Assembly: GCA_963832745.1 (NCBI GenBank)
Contig: CAWHVC010000005.1
Coordinates: forward strand, 512,001-576,000
DNA from: Candidatus Bathyarchaeota archaeon
GTDB lineage: Archaea > Thermoproteota > Bathyarchaeia > Bathyarchaeales > Bathycorpusculaceae
Reading direction: 5' to 3'
Length of the DNA stretch: 64,000 bases
Shown here: positions 49,015 to 58,251 of the stretch, piece after piece
Numbering within the stretch: position 1 is the stretch's first letter
Layout: the number at the start of each line of letters is the position of its first letter
The notes under the pieces: model-generated
Databases searched by the model: none
What the model was told of the DNA's origin: nothing
Seen by the model: the letters and a program-made list of their open reading frames with translations, nothing else
Position numbers and translations under genes: made by a program

Positions 49015-52000
49015 GCTTCGGTTTTACCTCCATCTTTTTCTTGGTTCTCGAACGTGGACATGTACAATTCAACTAGGCCAGTGCCGATTGGTATTGACTG
49101 CCCGACTATAACGTTTTCTGTTACTCCAGCTAAAGGATCACTTTCACCTTTAACTGCCGCTTCAACAATGTTTGGAACGGTGATTTCGAATGCGGCGCGC
49201 GCTAAGACGCTTGCTTTCTTGCCGCTGATGCCATGTCTGCCGATTTGTTGTACATCGCCTGTGGTAGTCATCATGTCCGCTACGAGCATAACGTGTCTTA
49301 CGTCAACGTCTAATCCTTGATCTTCCAGTACACCTTTTGCTTCATTAACCAGAGCGTTTCTGGCTGCCTCAACACCTAAAGTTTTTGCGATTTCGTGGAT
49401 GTTGTTTGTTGTGGTTCTTGCTGTGTCTACACCAGTGATTTCTAAGACTTTTGCAAGGTTTGAGCCATCAGTGCGAATTACCCATTCGCCGCTTTCTTCT
49501 GTAACTAGTACTCGTTTAATATCTGGAACGCCTTTAATGTGTGCAGCTGGTAGTTTGGTTAGCATACGTTTTAGTGCTTCGGCTTTCTTTGGTTTGATTT
49601 CAAGTGAATCGTCAACAACTGTTACTGTAGCATTTAATGTTTCAAGTCGTGATTTTGCCTCTGCCATTGTTATACTACGGTCATCCATCATGGTGCGGTT
49701 TAGTTCTACAACGATTAATTCTTTTACTGGGTCTTCATAGATTGCTGAGGCCAAGTTTTCAAGTGAAGTGTAAATGATGTCTCTTGCTACTGATACTGCG
49801 CCTTCTTTGCTTTTAGCGTGCTCATCCATAAGGTAGATTGTCATAATTGGTGTTGATGGGATTCTGCGTGCGTCAACGATTTCTATCAGCCGAGGTAAAC
49901 CTAAGGTAACGTTTTGTTCTTTGACACCTGCATAGTGGAAGGTTCTGAGAGTCATCTGTGTGCCTGGTTCACCTATTGACTGTGCTGCAACGATGCCTAC
50001 TGCTTCGCCTGGCTCCATTAAAGCGCGTTTGTACTGCTCTGCTGTTGAAGTTGCAGCTTTCTCTACGCCTTTCTTGCTTAACTTACTCTTTGAAAGAGTA
50101 CTTTTGAGCTGATCAAGCAAAATTGGGGTAAGCTGGTCCTCAACGCCTTTAAGCTGTTTCTTGATGAAATCTGCTGGTGCAGATTCACCTTTGCCTTCAC
50201 CGATTTTAATTTGCTCAATGAGTCGGCTAACGTTAACTGCTTTACCGTGGTCACTTTTTGCTGGGTCTACACCGTCTTCACCGTAACGGAATTGAATGAT
50301 GTCTCCAGCTGAATCACGCACAGTGCTGTCGTATTCTAGACGAATGTGTTCAAGTGCATTAATGAGCCTACGCTGCATGTAACCACTTTGCTGAGTACGC
50401 ACGGCAGTGTCGACTAGACCTTCTCTGCCACCCATAGCGTGGAAGAAGAATTCAATCGCGTCAAGACCAGTTTGGTAGGAGTTGTAAACAAAGCCTCTTG
50501 CTCTTGGGCTTGGGTCGCCTTCAACAAAGTGTGGCAGGGCTCTTCCCGCGTAACCTCTGAGGATACGTTTACCACGGACTGACTGTTGACCAACACAAGC
50601 GGCCATCTGACCGATGTTTAGGCTTGAACCTCTTGCGCCAGTACGTGTCATGACGATACCAGCGTTTTCTAATGTAAAATCTTCGTCTGCTATTTTGCCT
50701 GATTCGTCTCTGGCTGTTGCAAGTTCGTGCATGACGTAGATTTCGAATGATTCTTCAAGTGTTTGACCTGGTAGACGTGGCAGGGTTCCGTTGCGGTAGT
50801 TTTCGATGTGTTCATCGATTTTCTTTTGGATGCGATCCATTGTTTTTGCCATGCGGTTGCGTGCTCGTGGTGAAAGTACCAGTTGGTCATAGGTGTAGCT
50901 GAAGCCTCTCATCGAAATGAACAGTTTCAATAAGTGAGTAATATTGTTAAGGAATGCTCTGCCTGCTTGCGTACCGTAGTCTTTAATGATTCTGTGAAGC
51001 AAACTTTCTGATTGCTCAGAACCGATGCTGCGTCTGTCAATGACACCTGAAACTAGTTGACCGTTCCTTACTACTACGTAAGCGTCATGTTTGCATTCTT
51101 CTTCTTCGCATTTAGTGCAGCCTTGGCAAATGTTTGCTTTTAGAACGTAGTTGAGTGTTTTTGGCAGGAATAGGCTGAAAATTTGTTTGCCTGACCACAT
51201 TGGTTGGGGTTCTTTGATTTCAGGTTCTGGAAGCTCGCCAGTGTAACCTGTGGTGGTTAATAGGCGATCTACTTGTTCGCGGTTAACGTAGTTACCCTTT
51301 CGTGTAAAGTAGTATGCACTTGTAACGAAGTCTCTGATTGCGCCAATGATTGGGCCACCGAATCTGGGTGAAAGAATTTGGTCTTGCACCTGCATGAGCA
51401 GTAATGATTCGGTTCGGGCTTCTTCGCTTTGTGGAACGTGGAGGTTCATTTCGTCGCCGTCAAAGTCTGCGTTGTATGGTGGACAAACGCAAAGGTGCAT
51501 ACGGAAGGTCTTGTACGGCAAAACCCTGACGTAGTGGGCCATAATTGACATGCGGTGAAGTGATGGCTGTCGATTAAAGATTGCAATGTCGCCGTTCTTG
51601 AGGTGACGTTCAATTACAAAGCCAAGTTCGACTGCTTCCGCGATTTTTGTTCGGTCAACAACGAATTCAAGACGGATACGTTTGCCGTCTGGACGGATAA
51701 TGTATAGTGCGCCCGGATAGTTTTCTGGACCGTTGATGACATATTTTTTCATTTCTTCAATGTTCCAAGCGGTGACTTTTTCTGGAACAGATAAGCGCAT
51801 GGCTACGTCTTGTGGTACACCGACTTCGTTAATGTCCAAGTTGGGGTCAGGTGAAATGACTGTACGGGCCGAGAAGTCAACACGTTTTCCTGATAAGTTG
51901 CTTCTGAATCGACCTTCTTTGCCCTTGAGACGTTGGCTGAGTGTTTTAAGTGCTCTACCGCTTCGGTGTCTTGCAGGTGGAATGCCTGAGGCTTCGTTGT

Positions 52001-52844
52001 TAAAGTAGGTTGTAACGTGGTATTGTAGTAGTTCGCTGAGGTCTTGTATGATAAGGGTTGGTGCGCCTGCTTCCATGTTTTCTTTTAGACGCTGGTTAAT
52101 TCTGATAATGTCTACAAGCTTGTGAGTTAAGTCGTCTTCAGAACGGATACCTGACTCCAAAGTGATTGATGGACGCACATACACTGGTGGAACTGGCAAA
52201 ACTTGGAGAACCATCCATTCTGGACGTGCAACTTTGGGGTTAAAACCTAAAACTTCAAGGTCTTCGTCAGAGACACGTTCAAGGCGTTCACGGATCATGC
52301 TTGGAGTTAAGGGCTCTGAACCTGATTCTGTTTGCTCGATAAATTTGGTTGGCTTCTCAAAGGTTATTTTGTATTGAACAGAGGCACAGTATGGGCATTG
52401 TTTTGCTTTGATGTCAGTCATGATTTCCTTGTAAACTTCATCTGGGATAGTGCCGAGCAGTTCATTGAATCTTTCGATTCTTTGGCGCGCTTTTTTGGAT
52501 GCTTCCTCAGAGAGTAAAATGCGTCCACAACTGCGGCAGGTTGATTTCAGGAGGTCAAAAATGATTTTTGTGAATTCGATGTGCACAATTGGTACTGCAA
52601 GTTCAATGTGACCAAAGTGTCCGGGGCATCGGATTGCTGTGTTTCCGCATGTTTTGCAGCGTTGTCGTGGCTCGAGTGTTCCTAAGCGGCCATCCATTAA
52701 GCCTGCAGTGATTGGTGCGCCGTCTTCGTCATAAGTGTCTGGTGTTTGGATTTCAACGACTGATTGTTTTCTGAGGTCTTTTGGCGAGATTAAACCGAAT
52801 GAGATTTCATCTACTACTTTATGAATTAATTCTTCCGATGCCAT
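49011..52844 (-). CDS. rpoA: RNA polymerase largest subunit Rpo1, unsplit A'+A''
   Basis: NADFDGD, 'FNRQPSLH', 'AQSIGEPGTQMT' in one 1277 aa ORF. Confidence 0.98.
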   Translation of the reverse strand: MASEELIHKVVDEISFGLISPKDLRKQSVVEIQTPDTYDEDGAPITAGLMDGRLGTLEPRQRCKTCGNTAIRCPGHFGHIELAVPIVHIEFTKIIFDLLKSTCRSCGRILLSEEASKKARQRIERFNELLGTIPDEVYKEIMTDIKAKQCPYCASVQYKITFEKPTKFIEQTESGSEPLTPSMIRERLERVSDEDLEVLGFNPKVARPEWMVLQVLPVPPVYVRPSITLESGIRSEDDLTHKLVDIIRINQRLKENMEAGAPTLIIQDLSELLQYHVTTYFNNEASGIPPARHRSGRALKTLSQRLKGKEGRFRSNLSGKRVDFSARTVISPDPNLDINEVGVPQDVAMRLSVPEKVTAWNIEEMKKYVINGPENYPGALYIIRPDGKRIRLEFVVDRTKIAEAVELGFVIERHLKNGDIAIFNRQPSLHRMSIMAHYVRVLPYKTFRMHLCVCPPYNADFDGDEMNLHVPQSEEARTESLLLMQVQDQILSPRFGGPIIGAIRDFVTSAYYFTRKGNYVNREQVDRLLTTTGYTGELPEPEIKEPQPMWSGKQIFSLFLPKTLNYVLKANICQGCTKCEEEECKHDAYVVVRNGQLVSGVIDRRSIGSEQSESLLHRIIKDYGTQAGRAFLNNITHLLKLFISMRGFSYTYDQLVLSPRARNRMAKTMDRIQKKIDEHIENYRNGTLPRLPGQTLEESFEIYVMHELATARDESGKIADEDFTLENAGIVMTRTGARGSSLNIGQMAACVGQQSVRGKRILRGYAGRALPHFVEGDPSPRARGFVYNSYQTGLDAIEFFFHAMGGREGLVDTAVRTQQSGYMQRRLINALEHIRLEYDSTVRDSAGDIIQFRYGEDGVDPAKSDHGKAVNVSRLIEQIKIGEGKGESAPADFIKKQLKGVEDQLTPILLDQLKSTLSKSKLSKKGVEKAATSTAEQYKRALMEPGEAVGIVAAQSIGEPGTQMTLRTFHYAGVKEQNVTLGLPRLIEIVDARRIPSTPIMTIYLMDEHAKSKEGAVSVARDIIYTSLENLASAIYEDPVKELIVVELNRTMMDDRSITMAEAKSRLETLNATVTVVDDSLEIKPKKAEALKRMLTKLPAAHIKGVPDIKRVLVTEESGEWVIRTDGSNLAKVLEITGVDTARTTTNNIHEIAKTLGVEAARNALVNEAKGVLEDQGLDVDVRHVMLVADMMTTTGDVQQIGRHGISGKKASVLARAAFEITVPNIVEAAVKGESDPLAGVTENVIVGQSIPIGTGLVELYMSTFENQEKDGGKTEA

Positions 52845-52846
52845 GA

Positions 52847-55800
52847 TTATGCTTTCTCCTTAAGTCTTAATTTTGGTGTAATACAGAGGCTCTGCAGTTC
52901 CTGCAGCAACAGTTTGAAAGCGTAAGACACAGTGACTGGCGCAACCTTTGCCTTTTCATCACAAATCTTGCAAACATAACGCCTCTGCTTCATGTCGAAA
53001 TAGGCGATTTGTCCACAGCTTTCACAAATGAATAGAGTATACTTGTCAGATTCTTCAAGCAACCTGTCTCTTAGCAGCATAGCAGCGCCGTGACCAATGA
53101 GGCAGTCTCGTTCCATTTCTCCGAATCTGAGACCACCACCTCTAGCACGACCTTCCGTTGGCTGTCGAGTAAGCATTTGGACTTGTCCTCTTGCTCTTGC
53201 ATGGATTTTGTCTGCAACCATGTGGTGAAGTTTCTGGTAATAGACAACACCGACGAAGATGTCTGCAACGAATTTTTCGCCTGTTGTACCATTATAGAAA
53301 ACATCGCTTCCTGTGTGACTGAAACCCAGCTTTACTAGGCTGTTGCGGATTTCGGTGGGACCTTCGTTTGAGAAGGGTGTGCCGTCGCCTGGTTTTCCTC
53401 TAGCTGCAGCTGCTTTGCCGCAGAGGGATTCAATGAACTGGCCGATGGTCATTCTTGAGGGGATAGCGTGTGGGTTAATGATTAAATCGGGCATTATGCC
53501 TTCGTCTGTGAATGGCAAGTTTTCTGGTGGAACAATAAGGCCGATGACACCTTTCTGTCCGTGACGGCTTGCGAATTTGTCGCCGAGTTCAGGAATTCTT
53601 TGGTCTCTTACGCGTACTTTGACGAGTTGGCTTCCTTCGCCGGATTCAGTGATGAATATGCCGTCGACAATTCCGGTTTCGCTTGGACGCATGTCCACGC
53701 TGGTATCACGCATTGATGGACCTTTTACTTCGAATTCTTTGTATTCTTCAAGGAATCTTGGTGGGCTAATTCTACCGATGAGGACGTCTCCGCCGACTAC
53801 TTGGGATTCAAGGCTGATGATTCCGTCTGGTTCAAGCAGGCGGTAATATTGTTCGCCTCGGTAGCCGCGTGTTCCGGCTTCGGGGACTGTGAATTTGTCT
53901 TTTAAGCCACCGAGATATTGGCGGCATTCGGCTTCGTAGATACGGTAGAATGTTGACCTGAATAATCCACGTTGAATTGATGCTTGGTTGAAGATGATAG
54001 CGTCTTCCATGTTGTAGCCTTCGAAGCTTAACACGGCGACGATACAGTTTTGGCCTGTGGGGCGTTGTTTGTAACCCATGACTTCCATGTTTTCTGTTTG
54101 GACTAATGGTACCTGTGGATAATGTAGTATGTGACTGCGGGAGTCTGTTCTGTTGTGGAAGTTTGTTCCATAAACACCGAGAGCTTGTTTGGCCATTGCT
54201 GCTTGGTAAGAGTTTCTTGGTGACTGGTTGTGTTCTGGATACGGAATTGTTGAAGCACAGATGCCAAGGATTGTGTATGTTGCTATTTCTAAGTGGGTTG
54301 TTTCTGGTTTAATATCATCGTAGGATATGGCTATGAAAGCGTTTTCTTCTTCTTCAGCGTCTAAGTATTCTATGTAGCCTGCTTTGATTATGTCTTCCCA
54401 TGCCCATTCGCCGAGTCCAATTTTTTCGATATGTTTAGGTTGTAGTTTTGGGACACCGTTTTCAACAATGATTAATGGGCGTCTAACACGTCCTTCGTCA
54501 GAGTTTGCGTGGACTTCTTCGGTTGAAGTTTGTGATTTGTTAAAGTAGGTGATGTTTACTTCTGTTGATATTTCGCCTGAACGTCGTTTTTCACGGAAGC
54601 TTTTAACCATTGCTTGGGATGAACTGTGGTAGCCAATGATGTTTCCGTCGACGAAAACTTTGGCGCCTGACATTCTTTGCTCAATTGTTACTTCTGCAGC
54701 TGGAATTGTGCCCATTTCGAAGAGTATCTGCTTTATTCGGTCTGGGTTTACTCCTACTGCGATTGTGGCGGATAACGCCAAGTTTTTGACGAGACCACAA
54801 TTTGAGCCTTCAGGGGTTTCGTTTGGACAAAGTCTGCCCCAGTGAGTAGGGTGTAAGTCTCTGGCTTCGAAGTTTGGTTGACTTCTGCTGAGGGGTGACT
54901 GGAGGCGTCTTAGGTGGCTCAGGGTTGAAATGTAGTTTGTTCTGTCAAGTAGTTGTGTGATGCCGACTCTTCCTCTGCCCCAGTTTCCTGTTGCCAGTGC
55001 GTGCTGGAATCTTTCTGTGATGATACCTGGTCTGACTGCGGCTGAAACTGTAATGATGGGTCCTTTAACGCCGATGCGTTCAAGCTGGTATTTTATGTCG
55101 CGTGTTAAGTTGCGGAATGATACGCGGAAAAGGTCAGCTAGCAGTGGACCACCAAGGCGTAGACGTTTGTTTTTGAAGTGGTCTTTGTCGTCTTGTTGGC
55201 GTATACCCATTTTTAGTTGGATAACGCGGTAGGCCATTTCGCCTAGGAAGTTGGCTTTTTCTTTACGGTTTGCGTCACTTCTGCCCAAGTGGGGTAAGAA
55301 GTTTTTGTCGAGAGCAGTTTCGGCTTTTTGGAGTCGATATTCTTCGACTTGTCCGTGGGCGACACGGTTGCCGATGAAAAGGATTGCGTCTGATGGTGTG
55401 TCGACGCCGACTGCTTTCTCGAATGAAGCTGCAAGTTGTGCTTGAAGGTCTTTGTCAAGACTTACTGCTTCTGCGATGTCTTTGTCTTTTTCCATGCTTA
55501 ATGCGCGCATGATGACGACGAACGGGATTTCGGTGGGTACACCGGGCATTGTTACGTAGATTGCGTCGTCTGATTTTAGTTTGAGTTCGATTCTTGCGCG
55601 GAAACCAACGGTTGTTGAGAAGATTTTTGCTTGGTAAATTGGGCTGGTTCCTTTATCGTCTATGTCGACGATTACGCGGTTTGGTGCTAAGTCTTCCATG
55701 GCTACGATTACGCGTTCGGAACCGTTTACGACGAAGTATCCTCCTGGGTCGTCTGGGTCTTCGCCGGCTGCGATTAGTTCTTCGCGGCTGAGTTGGCTGA

Positions 55801-56224
55801 GGAAGCAAAGTTTGCTTTTCAGCATGACTGGGATATTTCCGATGTAGACAAGTTCTGTGTCTTGTTCGCGTCCGTCCACGATTGGGGTCATTTCAAGCGC
55901 AACTGGGGCGGCGTACGCCAAGTTTCTTAGGCGTCCTTCCATTGGATAGATTTCGTGTTTTGTTCCGTCTACTTCGGTTACGTAGGGACCTGTGATTCTG
56001 CTTTGTGGGTCGATTACCCAGATTTGACCTAGTTTTACTTTGTATGGGTTATCTGGGACTTCAATGGGGATTTCAGCTACTTCGTCCACCACTTCCTGTA
56101 ATCCGTGGTCGATGAATTCGTTGTAGCTGTCAAGGTGCTGCCTTACTAGGCCTTTGTCGTTGAAAAATGCTTTCAATAATAAATGTATATCTTCTTTCTG
56201 TATTTCTGTCATTTTACTAAACAT
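52847..56224 (-). CDS. rpoB: RNA polymerase subunit Rpo2 (B), unsplit
   Basis: 'ETPEG', 'GYNMED', 'GDKFASRHGQKG', 'GLRFGEME'. Confidence 0.98.
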   Translation of the reverse strand: MFSKMTEIQKEDIHLLLKAFFNDKGLVRQHLDSYNEFIDHGLQEVVDEVAEIPIEVPDNPYKVKLGQIWVIDPQSRITGPYVTEVDGTKHEIYPMEGRLRNLAYAAPVALEMTPIVDGREQDTELVYIGNIPVMLKSKLCFLSQLSREELIAAGEDPDDPGGYFVVNGSERVIVAMEDLAPNRVIVDIDDKGTSPIYQAKIFSTTVGFRARIELKLKSDDAIYVTMPGVPTEIPFVVIMRALSMEKDKDIAEAVSLDKDLQAQLAASFEKAVGVDTPSDAILFIGNRVAHGQVEEYRLQKAETALDKNFLPHLGRSDANRKEKANFLGEMAYRVIQLKMGIRQQDDKDHFKNKRLRLGGPLLADLFRVSFRNLTRDIKYQLERIGVKGPIITVSAAVRPGIITERFQHALATGNWGRGRVGITQLLDRTNYISTLSHLRRLQSPLSRSQPNFEARDLHPTHWGRLCPNETPEGSNCGLVKNLALSATIAVGVNPDRIKQILFEMGTIPAAEVTIEQRMSGAKVFVDGNIIGYHSSSQAMVKSFREKRRSGEISTEVNITYFNKSQTSTEEVHANSDEGRVRRPLIIVENGVPKLQPKHIEKIGLGEWAWEDIIKAGYIEYLDAEEEENAFIAISYDDIKPETTHLEIATYTILGICASTIPYPEHNQSPRNSYQAAMAKQALGVYGTNFHNRTDSRSHILHYPQVPLVQTENMEVMGYKQRPTGQNCIVAVLSFEGYNMEDAIIFNQASIQRGLFRSTFYRIYEAECRQYLGGLKDKFTVPEAGTRGYRGEQYYRLLEPDGIISLESQVVGGDVLIGRISPPRFLEEYKEFEVKGPSMRDTSVDMRPSETGIVDGIFITESGEGSQLVKVRVRDQRIPELGDKFASRHGQKGVIGLIVPPENLPFTDEGIMPDLIINPHAIPSRMTIGQFIESLCGKAAAARGKPGDGTPFSNEGPTEIRNSLVKLGFSHTGSDVFYNGTTGEKFVADIFVGVVYYQKLHHMVADKIHARARGQVQMLTRQPTEGRARGGGLRFGEMERDCLIGHGAAMLLRDRLLEESDKYTLFICESCGQIAYFDMKQRRYVCKICDEKAKVAPVTVSYAFKLLLQELQSLCITPKLRLKEKA

Positions 56225-56602
56225 TCTCCAATCAGGTTAAACGAGTGAGGGTGAAACCTTGCTAAGCCTGTCTTTCTCACGTGAAAAAGGTTCTCCTACG
56301 TTTTCTGAGAGCACAAACACATGCTACGTAGCTAACTTATAAACATTGTTACGACGTATGCGTCTAAACTGTGGGTTGACTAAACTTTCATAGAGTCACT
56401 ACACAAAAATAACTCTTTTGGAATGCGCCAAACCCTCAAAAAGCGAGCGCAGCAACAAAAAACAGCAGAAAACGCCAAACAGGCACAACACGCACGCAAA
56501 GACGGCGCAGACAGAAGCGGCAACGGTTTTTCAGGCAACAAACCGCTGACTGCAGGTTTTTGTGGTAGTTTAGGCCAAGGCAAATAACATAAAAAAGCTT
56601 AG

Positions 56603-56700
56603 CACTGTTTTTCAACATGTTAATGGCGTGGTTTTTAGCCATTAAAGACCTACCCCTATAGGTTTCAACATAGAACCTCTATTAGAATCCTAATAGGTTG
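56603..56700 (-). repeat. Dispersed ~95 bp repeat family A, copy 4 (reverse orientation)
   Basis: Reverse complement: caacctattaggattctaatagaggttctatgttgaaacctataggggtaggtctttaatggctaaaaaccacgccattaacatgttgaaaaacagtg. Confidence 0.88.
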
Positions 56701-56863
56701 ATATGAAAAGTAAAGCAGTGACAGTAGTGAATGGCAAAATTAGCATACCCATTCAAAAACCTCAAAGCAAATCTCGCATCCAAACGCAAAGTTTCCAGAA
56801 ACCCAAAAACCCAAACAGCCATTTAAACAATTTTGGAAAACAAAAAAACCCTTTTAAAAACAA

Positions 56864-57181
56864 CTAATACCTAACAATTTTATATCTGTCCCTGCCCAGT
56901 TGCCTCTTACGCTTCTCTTCAGCTTCGGTGACTTTGGAGTTGCCAGTTTTAACTTGGTAAACTTTGGGTTTGCCGATTTCGTTGCCAAAAAAGTCTCGTT
57001 CCTGAACCACAAAGTCGCCGCCTTTACGAATTTTGACGCAGTCATTGCCTATCATGGCTTGGTCAAAAGCGAAGCGGTCACGCGCAATTTTGCCTGCCGT
57101 TTTACGGGGTGGTTCAGTAAAACGCCTGTTTGTGTTTCCGAATCCGTACGGTTTCTTGTCGGTTGAAGCTTTTTTGGGCAA
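56864..57181 (-). CDS. Small basic PD-(D/E)XK-like protein
   Basis: 'GGDFVV...YQVKTG' resembles the D...(E/Q)xK core. Confidence 0.55.
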   Translation of the reverse strand: MPKKASTDKKPYGFGNTNRRFTEPPRKTAGKIARDRFAFDQAMIGNDCVKIRKGGDFVVQERDFFGNEIGKPKVYQVKTGNSKVTEAEEKRKRQLGRDRYKIVRY

Positions 57182-57232
57182 TTAATACAGCTCGTAGGGC
57201 AGCTATTTGTTGAAGAATAATTTTAAGGTTTG

Positions 57233-58117
57233 TCAGCGGTTAATTATTTCCAAGATTGCAGCAGTGTTGTCGTTGGCTGTTTTGGCGGTTATGATGGGCA
57301 AAAGATTTTTGTCTGCTTCATATCCAATACTGTTACGTTCATTTTTCAATGCAACTTTAATTGTTGTTCCTGAGCCTAAAAAGGGGTCAAGGACTGTGTC
57401 ACCTTTGACGCTAAACATTTTGATTAGCCTCTCCGCAATTTCGTCTGGGTAAGCGGCAGTTCTACGTTCCAGTTCCTCTACGGTTTGCCTTGAGCCTTTA
57501 AGGGTCCAGATTTGGCTGAACCATTCATCCCGTTGCACTTTTGTAATCTTGCTTTCATACCGCACGTGGTCGTGGGGTGGAAACTTGCGCAGATTTCCCT
57601 TGCGGAAAAGCAGAATAAACTCGCAGTCCAGCGTAACGTAAGCGTTTGGAGGCAGGAAACCTGAACCCAAAAACGCGCCCTTGCCCTTGTAGTGGGGTTT
57701 AGTAGTGGGTTTCTTCCACAAAATGTACGGAAGGGTGGTGAAGCCGATTTTTTCACAGACCTCAACAATCCGGCTGTGGTTTGGGAAAAGCTGGAATTTG
57801 CCATTTACCCTGCGAGTAGCATCTCCAACATTTATAGCTGCAATGCCACCGTCAACCAGCACCCGGTATGTTTCCTGCCAAGTTTTTGCCAAATTTTCAT
57901 GCATCAAATCATAAATTTGCCCAACAACTCTGCCGAATTTAGGTGAATCAAGCCTTTTCCACAGGCGAGCGATTTTTGGGTCAGTCTGGCAGAACTGTTG
58001 GTCCCACATTTGAATCATCGGATACGGCGGCGATGTAAGCATTAAATGGACGCTGTGGTCGGCGACTTCAGGCATACTTTGGCTGTTGCCTATGACTATT
58101 TTGTGCTGGGTCTGCAT
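57233..58117 (-). CDS. Site-specific DNA methyltransferase, beta class (probably m4C)
   Basis: Motif IV TSPPY precedes motif I DPFLGSGTT. Confidence 0.92.
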   Translation of the reverse strand: MQTQHKIVIGNSQSMPEVADHSVHLMLTSPPYPMIQMWDQQFCQTDPKIARLWKRLDSPKFGRVVGQIYDLMHENLAKTWQETYRVLVDGGIAAINVGDATRRVNGKFQLFPNHSRIVEVCEKIGFTTLPYILWKKPTTKPHYKGKGAFLGSGFLPPNAYVTLDCEFILLFRKGNLRKFPPHDHVRYESKITKVQRDEWFSQIWTLKGSRQTVEELERRTAAYPDEIAERLIKMFSVKGDTVLDPFLGSGTTIKVALKNERNSIGYEADKNLLPIITAKTANDNTAAILEIINR

Positions 58118-58251
58118 CTTAACCGTATTTAACAGTGGTTGTTGCTTAATCTTTTTTGGTAATTGCAGGTTTTCAGTTTGATTTTAAATCTGTATTTTGC
58201 TTTCATAAGGGATACATTAGGCGACGCCTCAAAATTGTCAGGCGACCAGAA

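Noticed and set aside
49011-56224. Unsplit RpoA and RpoB as a novelty
   Set aside because: Already known in several TACK lineages; used only as taxonomic support
56380-56642. Two short minus-strand ORFs considered as rpoH
   Set aside because: No RpoH motifs (HxLVPKH, DPV); they derive from repeat A and the low-complexity tract
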